A stretch of DNA of 63,982 nt, the filler included, from Sphacelaria rigidula (lineage: Eukaryota), in the NCBI GenBank assembly GCA_964200075.2. It is 3 parts of 3 records of this genome, joined end to end, with 100 filler letters (N's around TTAATTAATTAA, not from the genome) between each part and the next. Parts side by side here need not be neighbours in the genome. Positions count along the whole stretch, not along the records: positions 21,684 to 43,249 come from CAXNAA020000406.1; positions 43,350 to 63,982 come from CAXNAA020000506.1; 1 more part is not named here. One strand, 5' to 3'. Positions 38,101 to 51,268 of the stretch are shown here, in pieces. Each line of letters starts with the position of its first letter. The stretch's first letter is position 1. A model generated the notes under the pieces. It had not been told where the DNA came from. It searched no databases and saw only the letters and a program-made list of their open reading frames with translations. The position numbers and the translations under genes are program-made.

Positions 38101-41100
38101 GAAGGCGGCGTGCCTCTAATTTGGTGCTATTTTGTGTTGGAAAACACAACAAATTCTATCCTTCGAATATGCTGATATCATGTGGTGCTCCACGAACGTC
38201 TGTCGCCGCCCCTCGACCGCTTGCCATTTGGCACATTTCACACTCGGTGATACACGCGGTTTCGTGTTTCCGTGGTGTTTATTCTCGGGGTGTGCTCATT
38301 GTGTATTCCCGAATGCTGTGCTTGCCGTGGTTCGCTGATGGTCGTCTCGCTGTCGCGCACCTCAAATAGGTACGCCAAAAACAAGAACATACACCTTCTG
38401 TGGATCACAAGAGATGCCGGCATGGTAGCTCTCTTCGAAAAGCAGGTATGCAGAAGGTATCACCGTTTTTAACTTGTGTACAAGGATGCGACCTTCAAAC
38501 ATTGGATTATCCGCACGGATAACGCGATTGCTACCACATCGACCTTCACCGCCTACCCAGTGCGGTGTAAACGTCTTGGTATTCCTGCGTACAGCGTCCG
38601 CGGAGAACAATACCTCCGGCATGACGCGCGCTCACGCCCCTCTACTCTCTACAAAAGCCAATTACTCCCGCAGCTCATTCGACGAATCGACGACTATCTC
38701 CACATTTGTCAATAAGGTCCCACTTCCCCTCTTCTCATTTCTCACTCGAAATAATCCTCTTGTCAACGTTTCATACGTGTTCGTTTGTCGACGCAACCAC
38801 AGTTGCGCCTAGTGTCCAGCACCGTGTATCTCACAGGCAAGCCAGACACGGAGGTCAAACTCGCCCTCTCAAAACTGCTAGCACCGGCGGCGTCAACAAT
38901 GGCAGTCAATGGCCTTGTTAGTACCGGCAGCAACAGCAGTGCCCTAGGTCTGGTACGGAACGAAAGCAGCGACAGTGCTCGACGTCTGGATGATTGCTTT
39001 AGGGAGATACGCGGGAGTGATCGTCCTGCTTCGATACTTGAGATGACCAGGGCTTCTCTGCTGAGCGGGGATGCTGAGCTCGTCGAGTCGCCGAGGGGTC
39101 CGCCTCCTGTGCTCGCTGCACTTCACCCGGTGTGTGGGGCGGGTATGGGGTGTCTTGCGACGATTGATCGATTTGAGTAGTTTGATCACGTAACATCAGA
39201 TGGCCAGCTATGTGTACCAAGCCAGCCACGGTCACCGGATAAACGTACCCATGGAAACTCGATAAAGGCGACAGGTGGGGAATAGGGGAGATGGCAGGCA
39301 CCGTATGTTTTGGAAGAACATACATGTTTCGTGTGTGTGTCGAATACACAGTTGGTCGATCTATTGTCGTGATTGTTTTCCTTGTTTTGTTTTTCGGGTC
39401 TAGGGTGAAATATATCCGTAGGAAGCACTGCCTCAAGAACTCGACGTACAACTGCAATGGTTGAGAGCGACGTATTGTAAGCCAGCATTGGGGCATTCGC
39501 TTGGGACCCACGAAGGTCGAATTTACCGTGTCTGTCGACAAGATAGGGCAGTACGAATATCAAACGCTGCGACCCGCTCCCTTCCCATTGTACGGCGAAT
39601 AACAAAAGGTGGAAGAGGCTCACGAGCCAAAATCCAAGAGAAGCTTCACGCAAGTATCAACTAGGGCTCTTCATCCGATCTCGGACGTTTCTTCGAGTGC
39701 GCCTCCCGGGAGCTCTCCCACGCCGTCTCGGAGAGCTCCCGGAGCGTTGCCGGGACCTACGGCGTCTCACAACCGATCGTCGAGCATGGTGAACACACAC
39801 CCTTGTTTCCTTACCTGCGTCAATTACAGGCTGTATAATTCACATGATTTCTTGGGCTGTTTTGTACTGACGCTTCCTTTTTTTGATTTTTCCGTTTGGG
39901 GTAGGATCGTCATATTTCTGTTTTGTGTGACGTCTTGACATGGAAAGCTATTACTGCACGTGTTTGTGCCAAGCGTTTAATTCTCACATTTCACCTTCCC
40001 TGCTGACCTACTCTAAATCTATCCGTAGCCGAAGTCGCTTGGCGGTGGTGGTCGCAGTGGCAGCGAGAAATGGGCATCCGCAGGCCGGGCGACAGAAGAG
40101 GTAGGGTAGACCGCGGGGCAACCACTCGGGGAGCATAGCAGCCTCGTGCTATTTTGGCCAAGGTGTAACAATGATTCGTTGTGGAGATGAATTTGCTTCT
40201 TGTTTGAAACACTTCACCGGTAGTAGTAACCAATCTCAATGGATTCATCCGACCTAAATGATGTGTCAACTGTACATCGACGACAAACATGTACAGGCAA
40301 GCTGAGTTTACACTTCTGTCAACTTTACCTCAACGGGGTTGGGGCCGTTCCCTCCCTTTAAACCGTGCCTATCTTTACACGCGGCCACACGGTGCTACTC
40401 ATTTCAATGGATTACCCAAAAGTCGCAGCAAGCTGTAACTGTCATCGGTCGATCTTACTCTTCCGGCACCCACCCCCTGTCCCACTATCGTGTCCCAACA
40501 TGTGCGATGCTACTCTCTACAGTTACCTCATCATGGCCACCGTAAAGCCGCCAAGCACAACGTTGCCTCCATGAGCGTAGACAGCTACACAGACGACGTG
40601 GAGCTTGTCTTCGGCCGGCCGGACATCAAGGAGTACCTGCAGGGCATCTTCTCAGGAAAACAGAAGGGGGCGGACAATGACGTTGAAAGACCGGCGCAAG
40701 CTCGAACTGGCGGCACGCGCCACACTCGTGACGTGCGTCACAGTGAATTTGGTAGCTGATGAGTTTGTATGAAAGCCCCCGAATATACCGTTATGTACCC
40801 AAGTGTTCTCAGAAGCTGCACCGGTTTAGTCGCTTTGTGGCAAAGCGAGTGAAAGTCGCGTTGTTGACATCGTTTCGCAGTGTCATGTGCCGAATGAGTT
40901 CTTGGCGGTACTTATTCTTGCTTCTCGACCATACAAGTTTCTTTTTCCAACCCCCCCTCCAAAAACCCGCGAGTGTCATCTGGGGCTCAATCCTCGTTGT
41001 CACGTCGCTACGACTCTCCATTGTTTTTCAGTCGTACCTGCGGATACTTCGCACGCCCTGTGATACGGCAATGCGTTCCCGTTCGTCTCGCTCTTGTATT

Positions 41101-42796
41101 TGAATCAGCCATCTGACCGACTGGACGGACATCAGCTCAGATCGAAGGCCATTCTGCTTGCCGCAGACAAGAATATGCTTCAGCTTTCCAAGGTGGGTAT
41201 CCAGTACGCATTTGCAGTATCCTCGTCACTCAATGTTGCTGCGGCTACTGGAGCCCTGCACGGTTGCTTTATCTTCATCCGTGAGATGGGCTTACGTCCT
41301 TCTCAGATATTCACCTGGGATGCGGACATCTCTCTGGGATATCTATCCGGGATGTGGATATCCTGCTGGAATACCCACCCAGGACATGGACATCCATCCA
41401 GGATACGGGCGTTCCCCTCGGATATCCACATTTCAGATGGGTGCCTCGTGTATACATACTCTGGAATGTGGAGGTTTGTCCGAGATATCATCTGGAATCT
41501 GGGTATTTTATTGGCGTCGATGTCTCTGATGGACATCCTAGAGGAATTCCATAGCCTAGGTGGACGTCACAGATAGATACCTTAGATGGATATGATATCC
41601 CAGGTAGATACCCAGACGGACGTTTATATCCCAGGTGCAGGTTGCACAATGAAGCAAGACCGTTGGACATTAGATACAGGTGGTCAACGGTACGCGCATA
41701 CTGAGTGAGGCAAAATGTTTCTCCTCTGTGAAATGTGCTAAATTATACTTGGCATGCCTGCCGATTCAATTACCACTGCAATAGTAACGACACCTTCAGC
41801 AGACACCCCCCCACGTATTGCTGTCCGTGTATTGCCGATCTCACCGTTCAGGCCCTGTATTGACTGTCGTGAATACGGATTGGTAGGGGTAATGTGAAGA
41901 GCTACAGGATAAGCTTGAAATTTTGTGATCATTATTTAGCGTAGAACATACACGGGCTTTCAATTACCGGAATATGTGTATACTTGCCTTCACACGGCTA
42001 CTTGCCTTCACACGGCTACCTCGAAGTTTGACACTGAAAATGTTGAAAAATTTTGCTCGCCGCAGAAACGAGTACAATTCAGTCGTACAAGGCACGCCAA
42101 CAGCATCCTCACTGTTCCTATGAAACCCTCATGGACCCCAAGGTGTCATAACCCCGACCTACCGCTTTCTCTGTGATAACACTCGAGGATACTTCATATT
42201 CTGTCCACTCTGACTTGCGAGAGTGTTATCTTCGTCGCACAGGAGTTGAGTCGTGATGGCTTTTGCGTATAGGTTACGAAGAGCACATCTGCGACAACCG
42301 CCGTGATTCGATTGTAGGTTGCCGGTGCAAACGACCTGACCCGGTCGGTGGCTGTTCTAGACGACATTATTGTCAAGTGGCGTTTTCATCGCACTATAGT
42401 ATACCACGTCCATTCATAACCCATAGCGCGATGTATATGAGTGGTATTCCAAGAGATCCCCTCTGTCGGTCATGGTCTTGCCGGTATTCTCACCTACCAA
42501 TCGATCCCAATTCCGCTCACCTGTTGGAAATAACAAGCCACTTCCCCCCCCTTCCCAAAACACGCGTAACCTTCGTAACCTTTTACTCACTCGTCTTTGC
42601 ACGGAACATATATCTGCCTCCCTCAAATCGATTCAAGGCTCACGGTGGTTCCACAGGCTACTCAGCAAAGGCATCACGCGCTCTACCCAGTGCATCAGTC
42701 TCCGATTCCACTTCCCGTGACAATCACTGCAGCAGCATGGGTCGCTCGGATCCACCCCTGGTATTGTACTGCGGAGCCAACCCCAAGGTCGAGGAG
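32123..42796 (+). CDS. Multi-exon ferric reductase / NADPH oxidase (NOX/FRE, flavocytochrome b558-like) protein; 5' and 3' ends not located
   Basis: Phase-compatible AG/GT exons: 32123-32208, 32571-32755, 33405-33586, 34634-34779, 35240-35311, 35693-35822, 36839-36953, 37997-38051, 38370-38445, 38803-39129, 39609-39788 (tentative), 40523-40732, 41109-41192, 42638-42796. The spliced protein has the heme pairs H-x13-H-x3-H (MHTYFGYLMLVAGVEHGVLH) and H-x12-H (HMLFIPLIVGLCFH). It also has the FAD motifs GSYIYVNCP...EWHPFS and VGDWT, and the NADPH motifs VVLICTGAGITP, LLWITRD, GRPD and VLYCG. Confidence 0.92.
41318..41640. repeat. Intronic GGATATCC/GGAYATC-motif-rich repeat element
   Basis: Dense degenerate palindromic GGATAT/ATATCC/GGACATCC units over about 320 bp. 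Confidence 0.6.
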
Positions 42797-43249
42797 GTGA
42801 GCAATGTATGAGTATCGTGTGATAATTGTTATCGTAGCCCTTCCCCGTCAGTGTACCGCTATATTTTGTATAAAAACAGTTGTGGTCATCCTGTAAGGTT
42901 CTCACAAACTGGTCACTTGGCCTTCGAAGCAGTGTGCGAGCGCTCGCTGGTTCGAAGGTTAGGTATCCACTCGTGAGGGGTGCGTGGTCGGTCCTCCAAG
43001 GATCACGTCGGAGCGAGCTCCAGTAACTTGGACGCTTCTTCGTTCGAGATCGAAGTTGTACGGTCATTGCTTCATGCCTCGACTGCGAACCCTGGTCCTT
43101 TGTTCCACTCACGGACATTCGAAAATTAAACGATTGAGCGCTTCCCGGTTCCGAGAGTGAGCGTTGATATAGAAGAGGCATTATGACCGGGGGGGAGGGC
43201 GTACTCATTTGTTGCTTGCCTTAGTCATTTGGCCATTGACCACGCATCC

Positions 43250-43349
43250 NNNNNNNNNNNNNNNNNNNNNNNNNNNNNNNNNNNNNNNNNNNNTTAATTA
43301 ATTAANNNNNNNNNNNNNNNNNNNNNNNNNNNNNNNNNNNNNNNNNNNN
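43250..43349. other. Scaffold gap spacer (44 N + TTAATTAATTAA + 44 N)
   Basis: Artificial linker, flanked on both sides by the GTACTCATG repeat family. Confidence 0.97.
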
Positions 43350-46300
43350 AACCGCAAAAAAAAATCGGTAACCTGGTTATCTAGGTTACGCAGTGAGTGG
43401 CGTGGTTTATAGCGTCATCGCCAACCGACGCCAACCCCATCGGGGGTCCGCCCCCTACAAAGCCGGGACGGAGCACGCCGGGTTCTTGCCGGACAAGGCT
43501 GGAGGGGGGGGGTACTCATGATTTTACATGCCGTAGTCAAAGGTGGGTAGAGGCGAGCGGGCGAGGAAAAGGGGGGTACAACTTGGATATCAAACAGATT
43601 TTGTGACGTGCCCAGCTCGTCTGATTTTTAATTTTAATTCCTCATCTCCGTCATGGGCGACGAAAAACATTCGACTACAAAGGTGGTAATTTCGATCCAT
43701 GCAAGTAACGGAAGTCACTCGCTCGTCGTTTTTTTCTTCCACTGTGAGTTATATGTACCCCGTTGATCTTTCGACTACAAAATGTGACTGTTCCTTCTCA
43801 AGTCCATGCAAAAACCACGCAAGCCACTCGCAGCCCTTTCGTGACTTGGTCTCAGTGAACCAAATGCTCCTACACTCGAAAAAAAAACTTTCAACATGCT
43901 CCCCAGTGTGGAGGACATGATCGTCAGTTTTCCTTACATCTGCGGGACACCTCCCGACTGGAAGGTGAGCTTCTGCTTTGGGATTCCGTGAGAGAATTCT
44001 CTGTGTGCGCCGGAGTAGGCCATCCTTTGTTGAATCGCCATCATTTTCCCTCGAAAAAGGGATGTGAAACGCAGATGATGCATGCACCAATCGAGCACCG
44101 CGTACCTTCCAACCGAGGATACCAAACACCTCTTTTGTGCGGGAGTTTGCGCTCCCAGTGAGCACAAAACCCTCAGAGTCTCCGACCACGATTTGTGGCC
44201 AACAAAGGAAACTATAATTTTGGCGGATCATGTCGCACTGGTTTCATGTTGGGCGACAGTTTGAAGTTTTTATCTACGCAAAGTCTTAAGGGGGGTAGCT
44301 GTTTCGGTCCTTGCGTGTCTAAAAAAAACACTGCCCGATTTACTTTCCATTCTTCAACTGAGCACGTGTTGGATGTTTTCAAAATGCGAGCCCAGCAACT
44401 GATGCCGCTACGCTAAAACAGTGGCATCAGCGCCGTGTGAGCGGAACAACAGGTCTGTTCAGTGTGAGACCAGACTTGAAATCCTCACCCTCGTTCGACC
44501 TCATTTTTCTGAGTGCGGCAAGGCGGGCGACCAGTCAGTCTCCTCACGGGATGAGGATTGAGAACAAGAGCACGGAAAAGAACAAGGCTTGAAATCACCG
44601 TCTCATGGGGGAAGGGGTTGACGGAGTTACGGTAGGAATTGTTTCAACAAAAAATAATGTTTCATGGAGACACCTAAATTCGTCGTGTACTGAACTATTG
44701 TACCACCTCTCATGTAGTCCCCACCCGTCACGGACAACGCACTAACAAGGAGCGAAAAAGACTAGGTGAACCGAGTGGGGTAGCAATGATGGAATCATTA
44801 ACTCCTGCGAACCCCCAATGCCACCCTGAAGAGTCAGCGGTGGTCGGTGACGACCATTTATCAGCTAGCTTGTGTAAGCCTCAAGCAACTACTGTCAGTG
44901 CAGTACCGCCGTACGAATAACTCCGGAAACACAAATTCGGCCGGCACGGCCGCGCGATGTAGGTACATGCTAGTGGCCTGGGGTTCCAGCTAACTCCATC
45001 CCCTTCGAGAATACGACACAGCTGTCCTGACATCGTGGTGGAAGCCACTTCTGTCGGTGAGGGGTCCGCAAGCAGATAAGAAGTATAGGACCGTGAAGTG
45101 TTCTGTACTGGCTGTACGACAGTTCTGGATGTGAGCCATGGTGTCTCCCTGGACGCTTTCTCGTTAGAGTGCGCGATTGGCTTCATGCTCTTCCCCCTCA
45201 CAGGGTGCGCCATCATCAGTGAGGGCCAGGCTTGAAACAAGTGCTCCGCTTGGGTCTTTCGCGAGTCCGAGGATCTCCGAAGGGTTACAAGACGAATCTC
45301 AAATTCCATTGCGCACGGTGGAGGGTGGGTCATCCCGACGGCTTGACTGCACACATTTGCTTGTGGCGGAAACAGGGAGTGCCGTTAGTTTTGAGGCTAC
45401 TTTGGTTCAACGCAGTTCTCTATATGCTGGCTAGGCTAACCCAACATCCCCTTTTGTTTTGCCGATTGTGGAGGATTGTGGGCTATGATTCCTGAGGTGC
45501 CCTGCTAAGGTCCCCTTTGCAGGAAAAGCATGTGTTTGCACTGTTGATTGGAGAGGCGTGTTTGATAACCTCAACAGTACAGTAGGTTTGCTCCTAGCGA
45601 ACCAGACGCAGTCGAGTCTTGGAGCGTCCACAGATGGACAGCTACAACTGGCAGTTATTTCTCGACTGTAGACATGGCGTCGGTTCAACACAAGGACGTG
45701 TGCCTGGGGGACATGCAGGCGTCGGTCTTGCGGAATTCGTGCCAGAGGTTCAGTACATGGGCAATGGTCAAGCGAATGTGCCACGCGCGTGCCGTACTTA
45801 TACTTTCATGGTATTACAGACAGTAGTAGTATATCATCGAGGGGTGTTTCGATCCACCAGTGCGGCGACATAGGCACTCACGGGTTGAAGTTATTTTCCT
45901 GTCCTGTTCGTTCTCTAAAAAACGTTTTGAACGCTTATCATCAATTCTCTTCCCGCCAAAAATATCGAAGGAATGTCACACTTCATCGCCCGTTGTGCTG
46001 CTGTGTGGTGTGGTCGTGTACTGCTGGGCGGTACTCGTGATCTACAGGGTATGCGGGAAAACACGTGGTCGGTTTCTATGGTCAACACGGCAGCACAGAC
46101 GGTAACTTCAACTTAACCCTCTGACCACTAGTAGGATACTCGTAGAGGCAGCCTGTTGAGTCGTTGTCGTTCAGTTTTTTCAAGTGTAAATGATGCCGAT
46201 TCAACAGATCACCTACCCTAGCGGTCGTCAAGCTTGTAACAGATTTCAGCTGTTGCTCGTGCAAGATATCCGGCGGTCGATTTCAATCCGGACCACGAAC

Positions 46301-46387
46301 GGCCAGAGAAAACATGTCATGATTCACGCGGAAAACTGACGAGCGAAAACCAAGGGAGGAAAACAGTCGGAACGACCGGCTGATTAA

Positions 46388-46942
46388 GTAAGAGGCGTTC
46401 TCGATGCTTCACGCCGTCATAAAAGCACCCACTTTGGCAAGTTCGATTTTTACCATCCCTGGAAGTAGGCTTTTGTTTTTTATGCGTTCCCCCCCCAAAA
46501 AAACTTGTGCGTCTCGTTCTAAAGGGTCATCGTGAAGCGGAAACCCCGCCGAGGCGTCACAATTACTTGAGTTTAGTGTGAAAGATCGGAAAACAAGAAC
46601 GCATAATGTATGCGGATTATATGCGCGCATAAAAACAAAAGCCTATCTGGAAGGCAACCTCCACTCCAAACAGATACATAGATCGTGTACTGTACTATAA
46701 TAGAATATACTCCAATACATGCGAAGCAACAATTTGTAGGAATATACCCGAGATAAGGAAGGACGGCTACATTAGTAAGAGGCGTTTTCAATGCTTCACG
46801 AAGTCAATTATTTACATCCACTTCGGCGGCTTCAGCTTTTGCCATGCCTGGGAGAGACTTTACTCTCGACAGATAAATAGGTCGTGTACCAAATTATACT
46901 CCAGCATATGCGAAGCAGCATTTTGTAGGGATATACCCGAGA
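46388..46942. repeat. Diverged local tandem duplication
   Basis: agtaagaggcgtt.tc.atgcttcacg occurs at ~46388 and ~46774. atgcgaagca.ca.tttgtagg.atatacccgaga occurs at ~46719 and ~46908. Confidence 0.75.
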
Positions 46943-48119
46943 AAAACATAGCCGAAAATCGATGTGAGGGGGGCGTGGGGAAGCATATTATGACAGGTGT
47001 TGGAGGCGTCGAGTTGAGTCTACTGGTACCACCCTGCGCTTCTGCATAGTGGACAGAAATACTCGAAACAACCTACAGTACAGAACACATTCAACGCGTT
47101 TGGCAGGGTTGGTCATCTGGGTGATACGTACTCACTTTTTGAGCGAAAATAGTGCTGATTTGACAGATGATTGACCCTGGCGGCCAGAAGGTTTTCATAG
47201 AGTGTGCGCCAATCTGTCGACCAATCGGACCGATTATCACCACGTAAGACTGCAGGCGGAGGAACCGATGTATCACACTGGACGTGAGTTCGTTGCCTCT
47301 AACTGTACTGACTGTGACGTTCAGGCGTACAGGTTTTCGTACGATGTAATCAATTTCTACTCGAATATCCTGGAAGGGTTTACTACCCTGGTGTGTGGAT
47401 AAAATAATCAAACGGGACATGCAGGGAGTAGAGAGAGAGGAGACGGTACCGCTACCATGGTGTCGGTACAAGATACGACGAGAAGCGTGATGAGGGATGA
47501 ATCGCCACGCAGGGGTCCGGGTATCTTGGGCTGATGTCCCAATATGAGATACCGAGAAAAATGACCCAAGAGTTACGACGTAAACTCTTGGTGCTGCCCG
47601 AATATACCCATACCAATACCCATGGAAGATATTCAACGATCGAAGACACGAGAACCCGCAGGCTGTCTGTCACTCATCTGTAATCTGTAACGTGCATGAC
47701 AAAAGATGGTTGGGAAGAGTTCATTCCAGTTTTCTGGGTAATAAATCGCGCCAGCAGTCAACGTTTTCAGACTGGCGCGCCGACTGCAAGTTTGTATCTG
47801 AAAACCAGAGAGAGCACAAAATATCGTCCATGTTTCCCACACACGTGCACTCGGAAGCACTACTGCCGCACTGCACTGTAGTCGGCTGATTGCCTCTTCT
47901 GTACATGTTAAACAAACATTACACTACGGTGAAGGGTAGCACAGCGCAGTGCGGTCGGAGGGACAGTCAACACGGTCGCACCGACGTCTAATATGCGGGA
48001 ATTATTATCGGTCGTGGCGAAGACTGTCGGAACTGATCTCGTGCACGAAATCCCGCCCAGGTCCTGAGGGTCTTGGGGGAAAATACCTAGGGCGCACAAC
48101 ACACGTGCGTTGGACATAC

Positions 48120-49683
48120 ATGGACGAGTAGAAATCGTACGAAAGGCTCCTGGAAGCGTAGGCAGCTGACGTACTCTCCTGTGCCTTGCTGCATGAGTCC
48201 CGCAACAGCAAACGCCAGATATTGTGCCCCGTTCTATGCACAGAGGATCGAATTGTATTAGGGTGTCCAGTCAAGTACACTCTCGAATCGGAAAGCCAGC
48301 GTTTTTCGGGTAGGTATGCGAGTACATGCACGCTGCAAAAGGAAGCCATGAATCATTACAGCGAGATCTGCTTCCTTGTGTATAACCCCATCTCACCTGT
48401 ACCACACGAGGATCCTGAAAGTACTCAGCACCAAGCGCGTTCCAAACATCCTCAAGCACTGGTTTCCTGCGATAAACCTCCGCCGCCCCTGAGTTACCTG
48501 GGCTTGCTTGCTTCCTCTCCGCTCCACTCGCAGCGCCACCACCGCCTACCCTGCTTGACGGCTTACTCACTGCTGCCGCAACCGGAGCGGCGTCGGTGAC
48601 GGAACTAATCCCTGCTCTTGCCGACCCAGCAGAGACTCGGCGTCTTGTCGCACTGCTCTGTCCGTCTTCAACAGCCCTCGCGACCGAGTCATTGTCGTGC
48701 CGCAAGCGCGCGGCGGCCACCACTGCTGCCGCTCTCGTGGGCCGACAGCTTGCTGCCGTTAGCAGCGGCCGTTGCGACGGCATCGAGTGAGTCCGCTTCG
48801 GTTCCTCCTCTTGCTGCTGTCGTCTGTGCTCGCTTTGTTCCCTTGGATTTGAATCTGCTTTCCTCCTGATGCTTCTGCTTACACGGCTCGTTCCTGTCTC
48901 CTTCGTTTCTTCATCCAGAGCTGAACTAGATGCAACGGGTGCGGATGCGCGCCGAGAAGACGATCTGGCGGATGATTTCGCCACCCGCACTGGACAGGCG
49001 TCGCCGCCGCCGCGCTCCCGAGAGTTCGGGCTTGACCCCTCTGCTGATATTCGCCCGGTGTTGGTACTACTGTCGCCGCGGCTACTGCCACGGCCACGCT
49101 TGGAAGTTGATGAGGTGACAGCTGCAAAATGCTGTGATGTTTCACAATCACTCTTCTTGTTGTCGGCAGCGGCGGTGTCATGCTTGCTTCGCGCGCTGCC
49201 CATAATGGCAGCAGAGGGCGAGTCACCGCCAGTAATGGGACTGGTACGTTCTATGCGCCCTTGCTGTTGTATCGTTGCTCTTGCCGCGTTGGGAGAAGGA
49301 ACAGTCGACTTCACTCCATGATACTGATTGGTGATGTTTGTGCGAGACGACTGCCTTGCACCGGTAGTGGACGAACTACCTGCCCCGCCTACTCCCGCTG
49401 GGGTACCTCCGCTTTTAGTTTCCCGCTTTCCTGGTGTAGAAGAAGTTGAATGAACACTAGCACCTCCGTTCTTATCCTTGCCAACTGTCGGGTTGTTGCT
49501 GACACGACTTCCGACGTTTGTGCATGTGTTGCTAGTCATCGAAGTAGTTGCTGCGCAGGAGCGCGTAGGCCTCTGGGTTATGCCTCGTTGTTGTTGGCCT
49601 CTCTGCCGGTGCTGCGGCCGGTCGCCCGATGTAGCCCCATACAACAGAGATGCTGAGACTAAGGAATCCGCTGCTGGGCCCAT
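48120..49683 (-). CDS. Spliced gene of unknown function with a long Ser/Arg/Thr-rich disordered N-terminus; 3' exons uncertain
   Basis: Exon 1 spans 49683-48397 (429 codons, ending ...VWNALGAEYFQDPRVVQ|GTGAGA). Exon 2 spans 48188-48120 (CAG|QGTGEYVSCLRFQEPFVRFLLVH|GTATGT) and is in phase. Further candidate exons lie near 47800 and 47214-47136 (WRTLYENLLAARVNHLSNQHYFRSK|GTGAGT). Confidence 0.7.
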
Positions 49684-51268
49684 GACAGCCCTCTTGTATT
49701 TATCGAGTTCTTACAGTGCTCTTACAAACGCCACGGTTGCGTTCCAGGTGCTTGGGTGACTATTCGAGACAGGAAAAGGGATGGGTTGATCCTTCCCTTA
49801 GGGCTGTCGTAGAGCTCGAAACAAATGGGCGAAGATATCTCTGGGAGATTTCTGTTGTGCTGTCTTCACCACGGTCTGTACTATGTTCTCGTAGTGATCA
49901 CAAAAAAACTCCACAGGCGAATATAAAACTCGACCACTACCAAAAGTAGACGCCGCTTCCGGTGAGAACACGGAAAAAATACCTTAGGCAAAATTTGCAC
50001 CAGCTGTTGTACGATATATCAGGGGCGGCTGCCTGTGCCGTGATGAAAAAACAACACTCTTAAAGCACAGACCATACCCCAGTGAAACTTGACTACAGAC
50101 GGGATGCGTCCCAGATCATTCCCCCGTCCCCCGTCGCCCCCGGGTGATCGTCTTCGGTGGCTCCTGACTGCTCTTCTGGTGTGGCAGCTACACTACAGTA
50201 GTTCAGTGAAGTAGTGTATAGCCACTATACTACTGCCGTCCGTTCGATTTGTGGTGGGGACCGCAAACTTGTTAGCATAACTTTTTTTATTGTTGTGATT
50301 GATGATGGGATGGAGTTTTGTCGATCCGCATAAAAATCCAAAATCCAAGGGTGCTTGGCAATAACGACAACAGCGGCAGTAGCAGCAGCAGCCCTGCCCT
50401 GTGGCAACCCTGCCCTGTACAATGGCTGCACCCGCCGGCGCATGATACTGCCTGGCGATGTCGATGCAAACCGTGTGGACACAGCGGTGTGTTTACTGCA
50501 CAAGCCTCTCCTCCCGACGCCGTACCTCCTACTGCACTCGGCCGTTCTGAAACAAATCGGTCTATCTGCTTGACTGCATTTTTTCACGATCTCCAATCGG
50601 AGGCAGGATGCGGGTGAAAAATTCAAAAAAATGCATGGCACATATGTGTACAGAAGATAGTATACACAACACATGTGCAAAACCTACTGTACGATCAATA
50701 TAGTATTATGGTACAACGCACGGGTGCAGGACGGTTGTACTGGAGACACAAAACGAAGTGGGCAGCTGTGTCTTGTCCCCAGAATTTCACCAACGAAAGA
50801 AAGGTCACAAGTTTGAAAGTACGTGATCATCAATACAGCAGTACACGCACCGAAGTACGAATACCCTGTAATCAAGAGGACCAGCGGCGCATACAGCGCA
50901 CCAACAAATACAATTACAAGGACGAACCCATGGATGCATAATCCGGATCCAAAAAATATTGTAAAAAGTGCTGACGGCTGACGGTGAAATACTGTGACTG
51001 CACTTCAAAATGAGACTGTTTGAAAATTATCCCAGAATTATTAGGGCACGAGACAAAACAAGGTACAATCGAGTCCGCTCCCATCTCTATGGCTAGAAAT
51101 GGGTATATTTTTTCTCGGAGTATATATACAATGAGTTCTTTGTGTGGGTAGCTTGAACCCAAGTAAATAACCACGAGTGTCAAGGGTACCGTTTTATCGG
51201 CTCACTTAGCTGCAGGTGTTTGTTTCACCTGCACACATTTCGGGGTCTGATTTCGTAGACTGAACGCT

